The notes: generated from the sequence alone by a model not told the origin. Numbered from the whole stretch's first letter, positions 37,990-49,998 are shown. The stretch is DNA of 62,896 nt, filler included, from Calcarisporiella thermophila CBS 279.70 (GCF_041956535.1; 8 parts of 7 records of this genome joined end to end with filler, not necessarily neighbours in it), one strand, 5' to 3'. Numbers and translations are program-made.

Positions 37990-38206
37990 CCCTAGAAAAA
38001 CCCGCCCGGTGAAAACGGATAGATAAGGTATAGAAGCATGTAGCCTAAATTTTCTACAGATCTTTCACGATTTTTACGATGGGAAAGAAGTTTAAAATTT
38101 GTAGTGATATTGTAGAAAATTTATGGGAATCGCGAACGTTCTACATCCTTTCTACATGCTTCTATACCTAATCTAGCCGTTTTCACCGGGCGGGTTTTTT
38201 GTAGGT
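37990..38206. mobile_element. MITE with ~50-bp imperfect TIRs
   Basis: CCCTAGAAAAACCCGCCCGGTGAAAACGGATAGATAAGGTATAGAAGCATGTAG is mirrored by CTACATGCTTCTATACCTAATCTAGCCGTTTTCACCGGGCGGGTTTTTTGTAGG. Confidence 0.8.
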
Positions 38207-38716
38207 TTAAGCTCAACTACATTTCTTATGCTACTTGTTTAGTAATACAATTAGATTTGTTTCCAAAATATCATTTACAGTGTGTGATGAAATGAAAACT
38301 TTGTTGCCAATAACGACACAAAAGTTTTTGACAAAATCAACTTCATACCTGCACTGATATAGCTTCATGAAAAATTTTCTTGATATAAATATAGATTTTA
38401 TATTTAAAATTGAATACTTTTCCAATATCTATTGCTCCTTCTATCAATAAAAAAAGGCCCTGATATCTTCGAGTTTAAAGCATTTATTTTATGAAAATCA
38501 TTATAAGCTATAAGTCTAGTTGGAGCTCTTAAAAAATTTTCTATCATGAAAGTACATGAGAGAGTAAAATCAAATTAATTCAGAACATAGATTTGTTAAA
38601 AAATGAAAACTGAATCGCTCTGAAAAAAATCTAACTCATTTTTACAGAATGGTGGTAAATTTTCCAAAAAAAAGGTTTTAATATCTAAATGCTGTATCTA
38701 TCTCGTGGTTTATCAT

Positions 38717-40790
38717 TTACACTTCTTCCGTTGTCTCCGAAGATTGTCGCGATAGTGGGCGATACCTTAGGAATAAGGATAACAGTGCTGCAGCACCCCA
38801 AACGATCAGCACTCCTCTAAAGACCCATCGCAATGCGCTAATGTATTCATGAAGTACTAGCGATTGAATTTCCGGCCGAAGCGTTGTAATATAGGACAGA
38901 TTATTCTTTATAGATTCGACTGATATATCTGAGAAATGTGCCAGAGAGGATGATATTTGGTTGTTTATAATAGCTCCGCCAATAGCAGTACCAAAAGATA
39001 AACCACTTAAAATAATTAGAAAGCGTTTTGTAAAAAAGCTGCTATATCAAGGGACTTACAACGTTCGGAAAAACATGGCTGAAGCTGTGGCGATAGGGAC
39101 GCTATTAAATATAAAATTGAATCATTAGCGAGCTGCATTAGCTAATCCAAAATTTTCAAACATACTCCTTAGCTTCGACCGATATCTGGGTGGCTAGTAT
39201 TAAGTTTTGCATTTCCAACCCAGAACCGAACCCCAAAATTACTGTATAACCTATATGTAGAGCGTTGCTCGTGTGTTCATCAAAAGTGGTGATTAGTCCG
39301 GCACCTATCACCATAGCTACGAATCCAACCCAGATAAACGGCCTTAGTTTCTTTGTATAGCTGACGGCAAAACCACCAATAATGTTAGCTGCAATTGAAG
39401 TTAAGAGCATGGGAAGCGTTTTCAGTCCGGAACCTGTGGCTGATTCACCTAACAGTTGGAAGTAGAGAGGGTACTGTTGGAGTTAAGGAAATAGGATAGG
39501 TTTGTTATGATGTAATTGAGGGCAACAAACAATATATAGTAGATACTTACATAGAAAAATCCCAGGAAGAATCCAACTCCATACAAAAATTGTATTACGG
39601 ACAAAACGAAATAATCTCTATTCTTAAAGAGTCGTAATGGAAGTACTGGTTCAATTGCAAACTTTCCTTCGACATAGGCAAATATTCCGATTAATAGAGC
39701 ACCCACGCAGAAAAGTAAGATAATAACTGGTGAATTCCAGGAAAATTCATTTCCACCAAAACTGATTGCCAACATAAAGCACACTGTAAAGGCAATAACT
39801 GTAATGGAGCCGAGGAAGTCGATGTGCCTGATTTTGACAAGAAATGATCCTTTAGGACTAGGAAGGCTGAGTACGAAAAACACTACCACCAATGCAATTA
39901 TCCCGATAGGTATATTAATGTAGAAGCACCAACGCCAGCTGAGTTTGTCAGTGAATATTCCACCGAGCAATGGACCAAATATTGAGGAAAAACTATATGC
40001 AGCTCCAATTATTCCTTGATATTTACCCTGCTCTTCTGTAGTAGTGATATCTGTAGCAAAATAATAAGATAAGAATATATAATATTGGAGTTTTCAGTAG
40101 TATGTAGAAATGTATATCTTACCGGCCAAAATAATGAGAGAGAGACCAAATAGTCCACTACCTCCGATCCCTTGAATAGCACGGAAGAATATGAGCATTA
40201 CCATACTATTAGCTGCACCACAAAGGGCGCTTGCTATTATAAACAGTATAAGGCAAGTCATGAAAATTGGTTTTCGGCCAAATATATCAGATAAGGATCC
40301 GTAAAGTGGTTGAAAGGCAGTTAGCGATATTTGAAAGGCAGTTCCCACTGTAAAATATGTTAATTAAGAAAACCACAAGTTAAATTGTTACAATGATGCC
40401 GTTTTACCCCAAGAATACAATGCAAGTGCATCAAATCTAATTGTCAAAGATCAGTTTCAAAATATCCCCAGTATTACATGAAAAACATTCATACTCTGAT
40501 GCAAGTTGTGGAAGTGCAGTAGTAACTATCGACATATCAAGTGCTGCAACGAACACACTCAGACACATGCTGATACAGATTGGAATGATAATTTTGGGTG
40601 GAAGTTTAGTGGGCTCCTGGTCCTGCTTCCATGTATCTACCATATTGACACTAGTAGGGCACTTATTCAAGTCTACTTTGCCGATTATATTTTGCCCAAT
40701 ATTGGGAATAATATCCTGTCCGTTCTTAGGTTCACCATTACGAAGCTCATGAAGGTTATCGGTAATCGAGTCTTTTTTTGTTGACGCCAT
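38717..40790 (-). CDS. MFS drug:H+ antiporter (DHA2, 14-TM type)
   Basis: FVAALDMSIVTTALP, FQPLYGSLSDIFGRK, FRAIQGIGGSG, GPLLGGIFTDKLSWRWCFYINIP, IDFLG, EPVLPLRLF; multi-exon. Confidence 0.92.
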
Positions 40791-41439
40791 TCGAATTATT
40801 GGTTTAAATATTAGAAAAAACTTTAAATATAATTAAATGAGTTTTACATTTTACAATGATATTAATTTATAAATTTTCTCATTTTTTTTTTATCTACACA
40901 GAGTTCTAAGTGTGATCATGAATCATTGTGAAGGCCATATATAAATTTGGTGAATTTTTGCTAAAAAAACTTCACTTTATCCAAATATATTGTCGATGAA
41001 TCCAAATCTATCATTAACAATTTTTTCTTACCATGTTAAGCAATTGCCATTATTGGCAATTACTAAGTTAGGCCATAGCTATCAACTCTTTAGATAAATA
41101 GATTCAAGGATTTGCTTCATTTATCACAGTAAACCTTATAATCGGTTTCAGCGGAAATTGATTAAAAAATATTGCTCTTTAAGCACAAATTAGCTAAAGA
41201 ATGAAATTGAGGATGTCCTATTTTCGATCACTAAACAGTTGTAACTGGGCATTTTGGCAGATTTGATATAACAAATTGGAATCAACGAAAATTAACAAAG
41301 GAATCAGCTAGTCAATGATGTTGTTCATATGAGCTGATTTAGTCTAAATGAAAATGATAATATTTTAGCAGGAATAATAATTATAATATATATAATACAA
41401 GATAAAAAAAATCACTAACATTGATTCTGTTTGGGAGCA

Positions 41440-43400
41440 CTAAGGTGACAGCATCATGGTTAGAGTGACTCGTTCTGCTACATCATCCCGCCCTCACTCC
41501 CTCTTTCAAAAACGATGCAATAATAGATTGTTATTTTTACTGCATAAAAGTGCCAAATAGAGTATGAAATAAATTATTGGTCCCAATAGTCGCTGCAAAC
41601 TAATAAAGTGGTGAAATATTTCCACGAGAGATCTTTAACTTTCATCTGTTCGTCGATTTGCGGATGGAGGGAAGAACTTAATAAAAGTGGACTTCCTAAC
41701 AACAAAAGTGATTCTTTCCAAAATGACGAAGTGATATTAGCATCTCGATCGGATATAATGTATCTTGGCAATCCCTGAAGTAGGAAGAGCATCCTTTTTA
41801 AAAATAGGTAGGCAGGTTGCACAGCTGTGGTAGTGTCGTCGATAGTGAAAAAATGTGCTCGATTTATTATTTATTACACCGCGTTGTGATCATTGAATAC
41901 TCGAGAAAATTTGGTAAAATAATTCACGGATATATCATGTCATTACTGCTATGATATTTCTGATAATGAAAGAGCTCCAGGTATTTTCGTGTATTTATTC
42001 TGCTGACAAGATAACCATCTTAATAGAAAGCGATGCGTATCCGCCGGCATCTTGCGTTAAGAATGGTGTTACCGAAAGTAATTCCGACATCTTGCATTTT
42101 CCTAGTAGTGCTTGCGTAAGAGTACCTTGGACATCTTGTACTATTGAAAGCCTAAAATCGCCAAGGCAAGGTCTGTATAAACGAGATTCATCTCCCTTTG
42201 AGTCTTGTGAGAATCAAAGATCACCCTGCATAAAAAATACTTTGATTTTGGCCTTGTCAAACTCGTCCCTATCTTTTGCGTTGTAACATGATTCGAATAG
42301 TAGTCAGGCGATCTTAATGAAATATAGAGATCAGCCATTTATTAATAGCATGATCATAATGGTAATGTCATGATGTTAATTTTACCATCATGACGCTATT
42401 AAGGTCTAAGCCATAAATGACCTAGGATCATAATTCAAATTTTATTAACTGTTATTTTGTATAACATTATTTTATCATTCGATTGTTTGATCTTTAAATA
42501 GTCTCTGCTATTTGTTTTCTGGTCCTTACTTCTTTTTCTTTGTGCTTTTATTATATTTTATTATATTATTATAGAGGAGTCCAAAAGTAGAAATACTTTT
42601 GTAACAGGTAAAATAAAAAGTGTATCCTCACCTTATTAAAATATAGAGATCGGCGAGGAACAAAAGGAAACAATAAGTGGCTTTTAAATAAGAAAAGAAT
42701 ATGAAATCTCCGATGAATCTTCACATAAATATTACACCAGAAAATAACAAAGTAATAGCTAAGCCATAATAAGTTAATAATAATAATATTATATCATAGC
42801 ATGAAAAAAGATGAAAGCGAGCCGTCCGGTTACATGCGCTGGATTTAAACATGCAAAGTATTTCGCTGAACTTCTTGTCATGGCAAAAACAGGCGAATAT
42901 CCTGTCAAGTAGGTATCGAGAAATGGTGGCTATGAAGCTGCCTTTCCTTAGGGCAAAGATTTCTAGAAAAGTAAATCCACATTGGATTAGTTCGGGGGTG
43001 AGTTTTCCTCATCGTATCACGGTAATATTGCAAATGGATTCACTGACTCAAGAGTCTAGCTCTCGATCTTCGGTAATCCATAATCTAAAGAATGGTGTAG
43101 TAATATATAATGAATTGAAGCTGAGCACCCTGAAGGTAAATGCGGAAAAAGATTATGGAGTATAATCCTGCTCTGTGGGCTCGAGTTGGCAAGATATGTA
43201 GCCTCTTTTTACTATTTTGCCATTTTCAACATCTTTCTATTCCTGTGCGAGAACTGAGTCGATGTAGACCATGCTAGCACCTGTGTACATGCAAAATTTC
43301 GGGAATAGTCTATAGTCAGGATGTGCGAGAATTGGCGCTGTGCGAAGTTTCTCCTTAAATAGCTTGAAAACTGCATTAATCCCATCTCACTAAAATCTGT
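41440..43400 (-). mobile_element. Highly decayed Gypsy pol relic
   Basis: FKLFKEKLRTAPILAHPDY (RT-RNase H linker), integrase GLPRYIISDRDANITSSFWK...SSSLHPQIDEQ, purine tract before TGATG near 41485. Confidence 0.7.
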
Positions 43401-43760
43401 GTCCTTTTTTGATTAATTATTGTTAGCGGCTTAGTAATGGTGGATAGGATGTTAGTAAGATAGCTTGAGATAGGAAAATAAGGTAGAAACAACTTTATTC
43501 CAAAATGTAGAATGTTCAAAATGCATACTCAAAATAATGATGATGTCATCATGAAGGCGCAAAGTATAAGAAATATCTAAAATTATCAAGGGTTAGTTTT
43601 AAGTTTCAGGTTTTCTTATTCTCTATGTAGGTTAGCTGCGTCAACTTCTATTTGATATATNNNNNNNNNNNNNNNNNNNNNNNNNNNNNNNNNNNNNNNN
43701 NNNNTTAATTAATTAANNNNNNNNNNNNNNNNNNNNNNNNNNNNNNNNNNNNNNNNNNNN

Positions 43761-44920
43761 TCAAGAGCACTATCGTAATCGCCTACTGCAATCTCAGAAA
43801 AGCTTTATGCATGTATGGGAGCGGATTAAGACGCAAGTTGAGAGTCAGTTAGAGTAAGCAGATTTGAATCACTGAGAGGTCGAAAGGTGATGGATTCTTT
43901 TGTCGATTCTGATAATATTTTTATAAATTGCATAGTGATAAGCAGCGCATTCTTCTTCAAAACTTCCTGACAGTGGTGAACCGAGTTCCTGCTTCGGCAC
44001 AGGAATCGACCCTAGCAGAAAGGGCTGGAGACGAAGCCGCATTCAAGAACGCATGGAACTTCAACCTGTCTGATGCAGCTTTCGGCTGGCTTGTGTTGGA
44101 CATTAGTAATGGGCGAGTATCGGCGGAATGGAAAGCACAGGGTTTCAATTTCTCATACAGGAGGAGTGGAGCGCAGCTTGCGGCTCCAACATCAATGGCA
44201 CATCAACAAGGTTCTAGTCATTCATCAACTACGACACCAGTTGGAACACAATCGCAGCAGAATCCGGTTATAAATTCTGATGCGACATCATCTGAAGTAG
44301 AGAAAGAAGCTCAAACGCATTCACAACAGCCTTCATCCATATCCAACTCTACAAGTAAAACTGCCAATACAAACGACGAGAAAAAGGATAAGGATGATAG
44401 GGAAGGAACAAAAGACTCGGATGTAAAAGAAGGCGAATGTATGACAGAGTCCAACGGCACTACTATTACGGATACCAGTCCAGCAGATACACAACACAAA
44501 TTGAATTTAGTAAAATTTCTTAGATCCGCTTATTTAAGCTAGCTCTTAGATAAACTCACCTAATGTACCCTGTAGCTACCGCATACTCTATTCATTTCTG
44601 GCTTCAAACACTTGCCTGTAACGGAGGAACAAATTCGTGGCTTCTTTGGTGCTCTAGCTCCTGAGATTCAGCGGATACGCTTGATGCACGATCGTAATAC
44701 CCAGCAACAGCGCAACTTTTGTTACGTAGATTTCGCAAGCGAATCTGCATTTGAAAATGCTTTGCACATGGACGGTAAGTGCTTAGGAGAGAATACACTG
44801 AGAGTTATGAGAGCGGATCCGGATTTCAGCGCTGGAAGCGATGAGACAGCTCGCGGGAGTCGGCGGCAAAGAGGAAGAGGAAGAGGTCGCCATATAAAAT
44901 ATAACCGAGTGAAACAATAA
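43761..44920 (+). CDS. 3' part of an RRM-domain RNA-binding protein (5' end off contig)
   Basis: Last exon LFISGF...VTEEQIRGFF...IRLMHDR...RNFCYVDF (RNP1)...LRV plus RG-rich tail. Confidence 0.75.
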
Positions 44921-45199
44921 CTTAATCTCTATATCTTCTATATGGTTGTGATTATCGCCTACGATAATTATTTTTTTATGATCATTTATTGTGACATCAT
45001 GCCATTTTCTACATGGCTCCTTTCATATTCCCAATGAATATAATGGTACTCGAAATAATCGAATATCGGACTATTTTTTGATGTAATCGACGATTATCTC
45101 CACTCAAGCTCTCCCGATCAAATTTATACTTCAAATTCGTGCGTTATCGAGTCATTGAGTTATCAAGTGACAAAACTTAGCAGCAATTAAATTTTTTCT

Positions 45200-46602
45200 A
45201 TGCCTACACTCTCCGAACAACTTCTTCTCATTCCGCGCTCCTTAGTGTTTTGGCCATGGGGCTACCGCGCATTCACCGCAGCTGGGTATGAAGCACATAT
45301 GAAAGATTTCAACAAACATGCTCTCAACGTCGATCTTAACGGTTGGAGCTGCGTTGTCACAGGTATGATACATTTATAAATTCATTAACATATAATTTAC
45401 GTGGTTACTATCCTCCGAAGGTGCAAATAGTGGCCTTGGTAGACAGACAGTGCTCGAGCTAGTCAAGCGCGGCGCAAAAGTTCACATGTTATGTCGAAAT
45501 GCAGAGCGGGGCGAACTGGCGAGAAGAGATGTACTTGAGAAAGTAGGAAAAGAGACTAATGACGGCATTATTGATGAAAATTGCGTTCTCTTGCACGTTG
45601 TGGATGTCGGAAATCCCGCGGATTTGAAACAATTTGTGGACAAATTACATGCTTCTAACGAGACTATCGACGTTCTGGTAGGTGAATCAATTACTGGCTA
45701 GCTTTTTCATCAACAGCAATGTCATATTTTGTAACAGATAAACAATGCGGGAATCTTACCTGGTGAACGAATAGAGACGGTTCACGGCATAGAGCAAACT
45801 TTTGCCATTAATACCTTGGGTACATACTATCTTACGGTTCTTCTCGTCCCTCTACTTCAAGTTAGCGGACGTGGGCGAGTTGTAACTGTATCATCAGGTG
45901 GTGCCTACATGCTCAAACTAGATACTGAGGATGTTGAATTCAAAAAAGAGAAATTTAGCGGGTATCTTGCTTATGCTAATAGCAAGGTAAAGATAAAGAT
46001 AAAGGAACTTAATCACCATAAGCAATTCACTTATAAACTCTTTTTGAAATTAGCGTGCACAGATCGAGCTTACGGAATATTGGGCAACGAAATATGGAAG
46101 CACTGGAGTACGATTTTATTCGATGCACCCAGGTGAGCCCACTGATTCACTAACATATTCTTGTAGCTAATACAAACTATTTCCCTCGTATGATCACAAA
46201 GGATGGGCTGATACCCCTGGAGGTACTTTGAATTGTTAATTTATATTTAATATACAGCCTATTTATTTGTTTGCTCTTATCTCTTTTATCTTAGTGAAAA
46301 CCTCTATGCGTTCATTTTACGAGCGTTTCAGTCAAAAATTCAGAACACCTGCGCAAGGTGCAGATACTATCGTATGGGCGGCTATATCTAAAGAAGCTGA
46401 AGCAATCCCAAATGGAAGCTTTCTCTTTGGTATGCTGATTATATACATTGTAATTGTTTATAATGAACTATTAACATTGATAGTAGATCGGAAGCCGACA
46501 TCTCCTCATTTGCGATTTCTTGGCACCAAATCTTCTCCTCAAAAGCTTGAACAATTGATAAAATATTGTGACGAGCTAATAGCTAAATCGTCGAGTGTGT
46601 GA
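45200..46602 (+). CDS. Short-chain dehydrogenase/reductase, DHRS12-like
   Basis: VVTG|ANSGLG, VHMLCRN, INNAG, VVTVSSGG, YANSK, MHPGWADTPG, RTPAQGADTIVW; multi-exon. Confidence 0.9.
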
Positions 46603-47060
46603 TGATATCATGAATGCGTTGTACTTCAAAATTTGAAATTACTATCAACTCGTTAAGTTGAAGACCAAACGTCCATCGAACCTTAAGTTGCTAGTTCTAT
46701 TACTGAAGACGGCATCTTAAAAAGTTTACTGGGTTTTTCTCAGAGCCAAAATTATTCTGATAGTGTAGCAGGAGAAAACTTCCAAATAAATGCAGTAACC
46801 CAACAAAACACTATAGAAAACCCTTATAATAAATCATAAAATAAGTGACCACGGACACTATATTTGTAATTTTGATATCATAGTTACTCTCCCAATTGCT
46901 TAAAAAAACTATTCGAGTGTTTGCAAGATTTATGATTTTGAAGGATGAAAAGGAGCCAAAGGGACTAATGAAAGCTATATCGAATAACGGGAAAAATTGT
47001 ATGATAGTATATACAGCCAAAAGCGTAAAAAAAATGCAAAAATTAATTATAATTTCAAAA

Positions 47061-47132
47061 TGCCCATTGTGGGATTTGAACCCACGATCTTCTGTTTACA
47101 AGACAGACGCCTTACCACTTGGCCAAACGGGC
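47061..47132 (-). tRNA. tRNA-Thr (anticodon TGT)
   Basis: GCCCGTT/AATGGGC acceptor stem, A box TGGCCAAGTGG, anticodon arm TCTGT-CTTGTAA-ACAGA, T arm GTGGG-TTCAAAT-CCCAC, followed by TTTT. Confidence 0.93.
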
Positions 47133-47218
47133 ACAGACCAGCTTGATTAATTGTCACATGATGAAAGTCAGAACTGAAAATTGACACCTATCACAAATAT
47201 CCAATCGCTATCTCATCC

Positions 47219-47558
47219 GGGGGAGGGTTAGTGTAGTGGACTATCCCTGGGATGCCGATGAGAACGGCGTGGGTTCGAATCCCACTTCCCCCACCAGCAC
47301 TTACTCTTAGTTTGTGACTGCTATCCACTTGATCAGAAGCTGAGTCTTGATTATTGAAAAGATCGCCCTTACGATAAGTACAAAGATTACATTGGTTTCA
47401 CGTACATGCTATTCACGACAACTACGATACACGCATATCGATTGAACGTCTATCAATCAAGGACCTATATCTCGTTATGTTAAGTCCATTGACATTAACT
47501 TCATGTAATATATGGAAATTAAATAAAAGTTTCCATTAATTGATCAAAAAAAAAAAAA
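47219..47558 (+). mobile_element. tRNA-derived SINE
   Basis: tRNA-like head with A box TAGTGTAGTGG and B box GGTTCGAATCC, ~250-nt body, 3' hairpin, poly(A); flanked by TSD AATCGCTATCTCATCC. Confidence 0.82.
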
Positions 47559-47733
47559 TCGCTATCTCATCCATCGGAGCTGAACTGATAAACGCACGAA
47601 AAAGACGAGAGATAGAGCNNNNNNNNNNNNNNNNNNNNATGTTAAGTCCATTGACATTAACTTCATGTAATATATGGAAATTAAATAAAAGTTTCCATTA
47701 ATTGATCAAAAAAAAAAAATCGCTATCTCATCC

Positions 47734-48050
47734 ATCGGAGCTGAACTGATAAACGCACGAAAAAGACGAGAGATAGAGCTATTCCGAAGAAGGTGGTGCA
47801 GTCAGGGAGCGGTAATAGAAAGTTCGGATAGAGCAAGACTAAAACTGGAGTGACGAAGCAACCCTTCCTCTCTCCCAATCCGCTCTTTCCCTCCTCCCCT
47901 CCTCTTTACTTCATACCTTTCACCAAATACCCGATCACTATATACATCTAATTTACCCTTTATTCCCCCCTTTCTTATTTCATTGTAATCATTAAACTCT
48001 TGTAAGCTACGGAAACTAATAAAAGTCTCCGTTGATTGATCAAAAAAAAA
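47734..48050 (+). mobile_element. 5'-truncated LINE 3' end
   Basis: ORF tail ELINARKRREIELFRRRW...KLE*, pyrimidine-rich 3' UTR, hairpin with AATAAA, poly(A); flanked by TCGCTATCTCATCCAT on both sides. Confidence 0.7.
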
Positions 48051-48429
48051 TCGCTATCTCATCCATTTTGCTGCATCATGAACTGTCGACACTATTTCTC
48101 TTTGGTATGCCATGATTCTGAAGTGAGTTCTAAATAGTCTGTCATTCTTGGTTGGTTCGTGGGCTTGCATTTCAAAGCAATTGTCTACTGCTTGCCATAG
48201 CTGATTAAGAGCCGGGCAATGGTTTCCATATATAATGGATTCTCCTGCCCATTTACTTGTGATAATTGCTGTCACCAATCCGCGTTTGGGTTCACTCGGT
48301 CGCTTCTTCCAGTACATCCATGCTATCTCCAAACTGATGGTATCGATTTGAATTCTCTTTCCATTCGGGAGTGATATACTCTCCTTTGCTTGTCTTGTAG
48401 AACCTTTCAATTTTTGCACGGTAGTTTGT

Positions 48430-49654
48430 GATATTGACGGGATTTTTTTGTTAGGAGGATTTTTGTTAAAAAGAATTCTAGTTCGCTCTTAATAAAGAAG
48501 ATGGATAAACATTAGAGTACAACAAGTCCATTCAAAAATTGTGGGGTGTACAGAGACTGTGAATACGTTTCCTATTTTTCAAGTAGAGGGAAATAGAATA
48601 CCGAGAAGAAGAAAAAAATTTAGAATAAAATCTGTAATGTGTATAATATATGGGTCGGAGACGTTAGGACGCTGAATCCAGGGAGAGAGCAGGTACGGGT
48701 GTTAGAGTTTTCGGCAAAGTTGTATTGGTGTTATGAGTTGTGGATGAGGGATATTTCGTCTCCTTGGACTTGTATCTAACTTCTTTACATCAAAATTCTT
48801 GGAAGTTTTCATGTTAAAGGATATTTGCAGGATAATTTTTTTGAAATTAAAGGATCTTTATTGAAAAGTCTCCTGTACAAGTTAAATGAAAGATTTGCAC
48901 ACTCCCAATTTTACATGGAATTTCTTGTTTTTCTGATGTCTATCAATGTCCAAAGAACAAGAGGAAGTATATATAGAAAAGTTTCATTAACGTATTATAC
49001 TGCATTTCGGAGGGGTCGTAACGAAGCAGCTTATAGCTCATTCCTTAGAGTAAGTTCCGGCCACGTCTCTAGTACTGGTGCCGTTACCGGGATGACGGAT
49101 ATTTACAGGATAAGTTTTTGTTAGTAGGATTTTTATTAAAAAGTACCCTTTTTCGTTCTTAATGAAGTGACTTTATAGTCCTCAGAAACAAGAAATACAT
49201 GTAAGAAATGGTAGAGAGTGTGAATACCATCCTATTTTCCAAGGATGGTAGAATTCGAGAGAGGGAAGGAAATAAAATAAAGGGAGAAAACAGATAATTA
49301 CAAGATTTTTTTTTAACAAAGGACCTTTATTGAAAAGTATCCTATCCTGTTAAAGAGGTAGGGTAGCTTCTACGTCAAAATCACCCAGGTAATGCTCTTG
49401 GCCTACCTTGCAGAATTTGGAGGATAGAAGGAAAAAAGAAAGAAAGAAAGAAAAGGATTTAAGTGTAAGAGGGAGAGAGAAAATGTGATGAGGAAAGAGC
49501 TAGGAAAGTATGGAAACAGAAATTAGCTTAATAAAGAAGGGGAAAGGAATAACTGTAAGAGGGAGGGATAAAAAGTTGTGCGCAATGGTATTAAGATAGG
49601 CTGCTTATGTACATGAAATACGGATAATTACAGGATATTTGGGTTTTTTTTTTT
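48430..49654 (-). mobile_element. Tandem stack of at least five retroposon 3' ends separated by a repeated 14-bp target
   Basis: GATAWTKRCRRGAT at 48430, 48820, 49098, 49293 and 49623, each followed by a T run; four are then followed by an AGGAYYTTTRTTRAAAAG motif. Confidence 0.72.
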
Positions 49655-49754
49655 NNNNNNNNNNNNNNNNNNNNNNNNNNNNNNNNNNNNNNNNNNNNTT
49701 AATTAATTAANNNNNNNNNNNNNNNNNNNNNNNNNNNNNNNNNNNNNNNNNNNN

Positions 49755-49998
49755 AAGACCCCTTAGTCGTCGAGGTTCTTAGAGAAATAGCTAGAGAGGC
49801 ACCACCTATCAACCTTGCCGAAAGACCGGTAGACATCTCCCCGATCATTGAACATTTTAAAAAGACGACTTTTTCTTTATTCTTTGTACCAGCTCATTTT
49901 ATCCAATAAATCCGCCTCATCATCCTGAAGCGTGGACTGCTGACTTTGCCTTGTCCATTTCCCTTAAGCCGTCGCATACGCTAGGCTTAAGTAAGAAA
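49755..49998 (+). mobile_element. Second, internally deleted copy of the DIRS-like element (YR fragment plus right terminus)
   Basis: 49755-49868 aligns with ~8813-8925; 49929-49997 aligns with 13811-13875, ending CTAGGCTTAAGTAAGAA. Confidence 0.78.

Noticed and set aside
47204-47218. Target resembles the U2 snRNA 5' end (ATCGCT.TCTC), as for Keno/Utopia elements
   Set aside because: The downstream flank lacks the U2 branch-pairing GTGTAGTA and stem sequences, so the similarity is likely chance.
47219-47296. Functional tRNA or tRNA-Sec gene
   Set aside because: No TCA anticodon, non-canonical arm spacing, no terminator after the head, and it is embedded in a TSD-flanked poly(A) element.
47477-47779. 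~140-bp direct duplication of SINE tail, target and LINE start, suggesting a third insertion
   Set aside because: The copies are identical apart from poly(A) length and flank a 20-N gap, typical of an unmerged assembly overlap. Counted once.
48430-49654. CRISPR-like array (short repeat with unique spacers)
   Set aside because: Eukaryotic context, degenerate 14-bp repeat, variable 190-390-bp units with poly(A) tails and no cas genes. Better explained as stacked retroposon ends.
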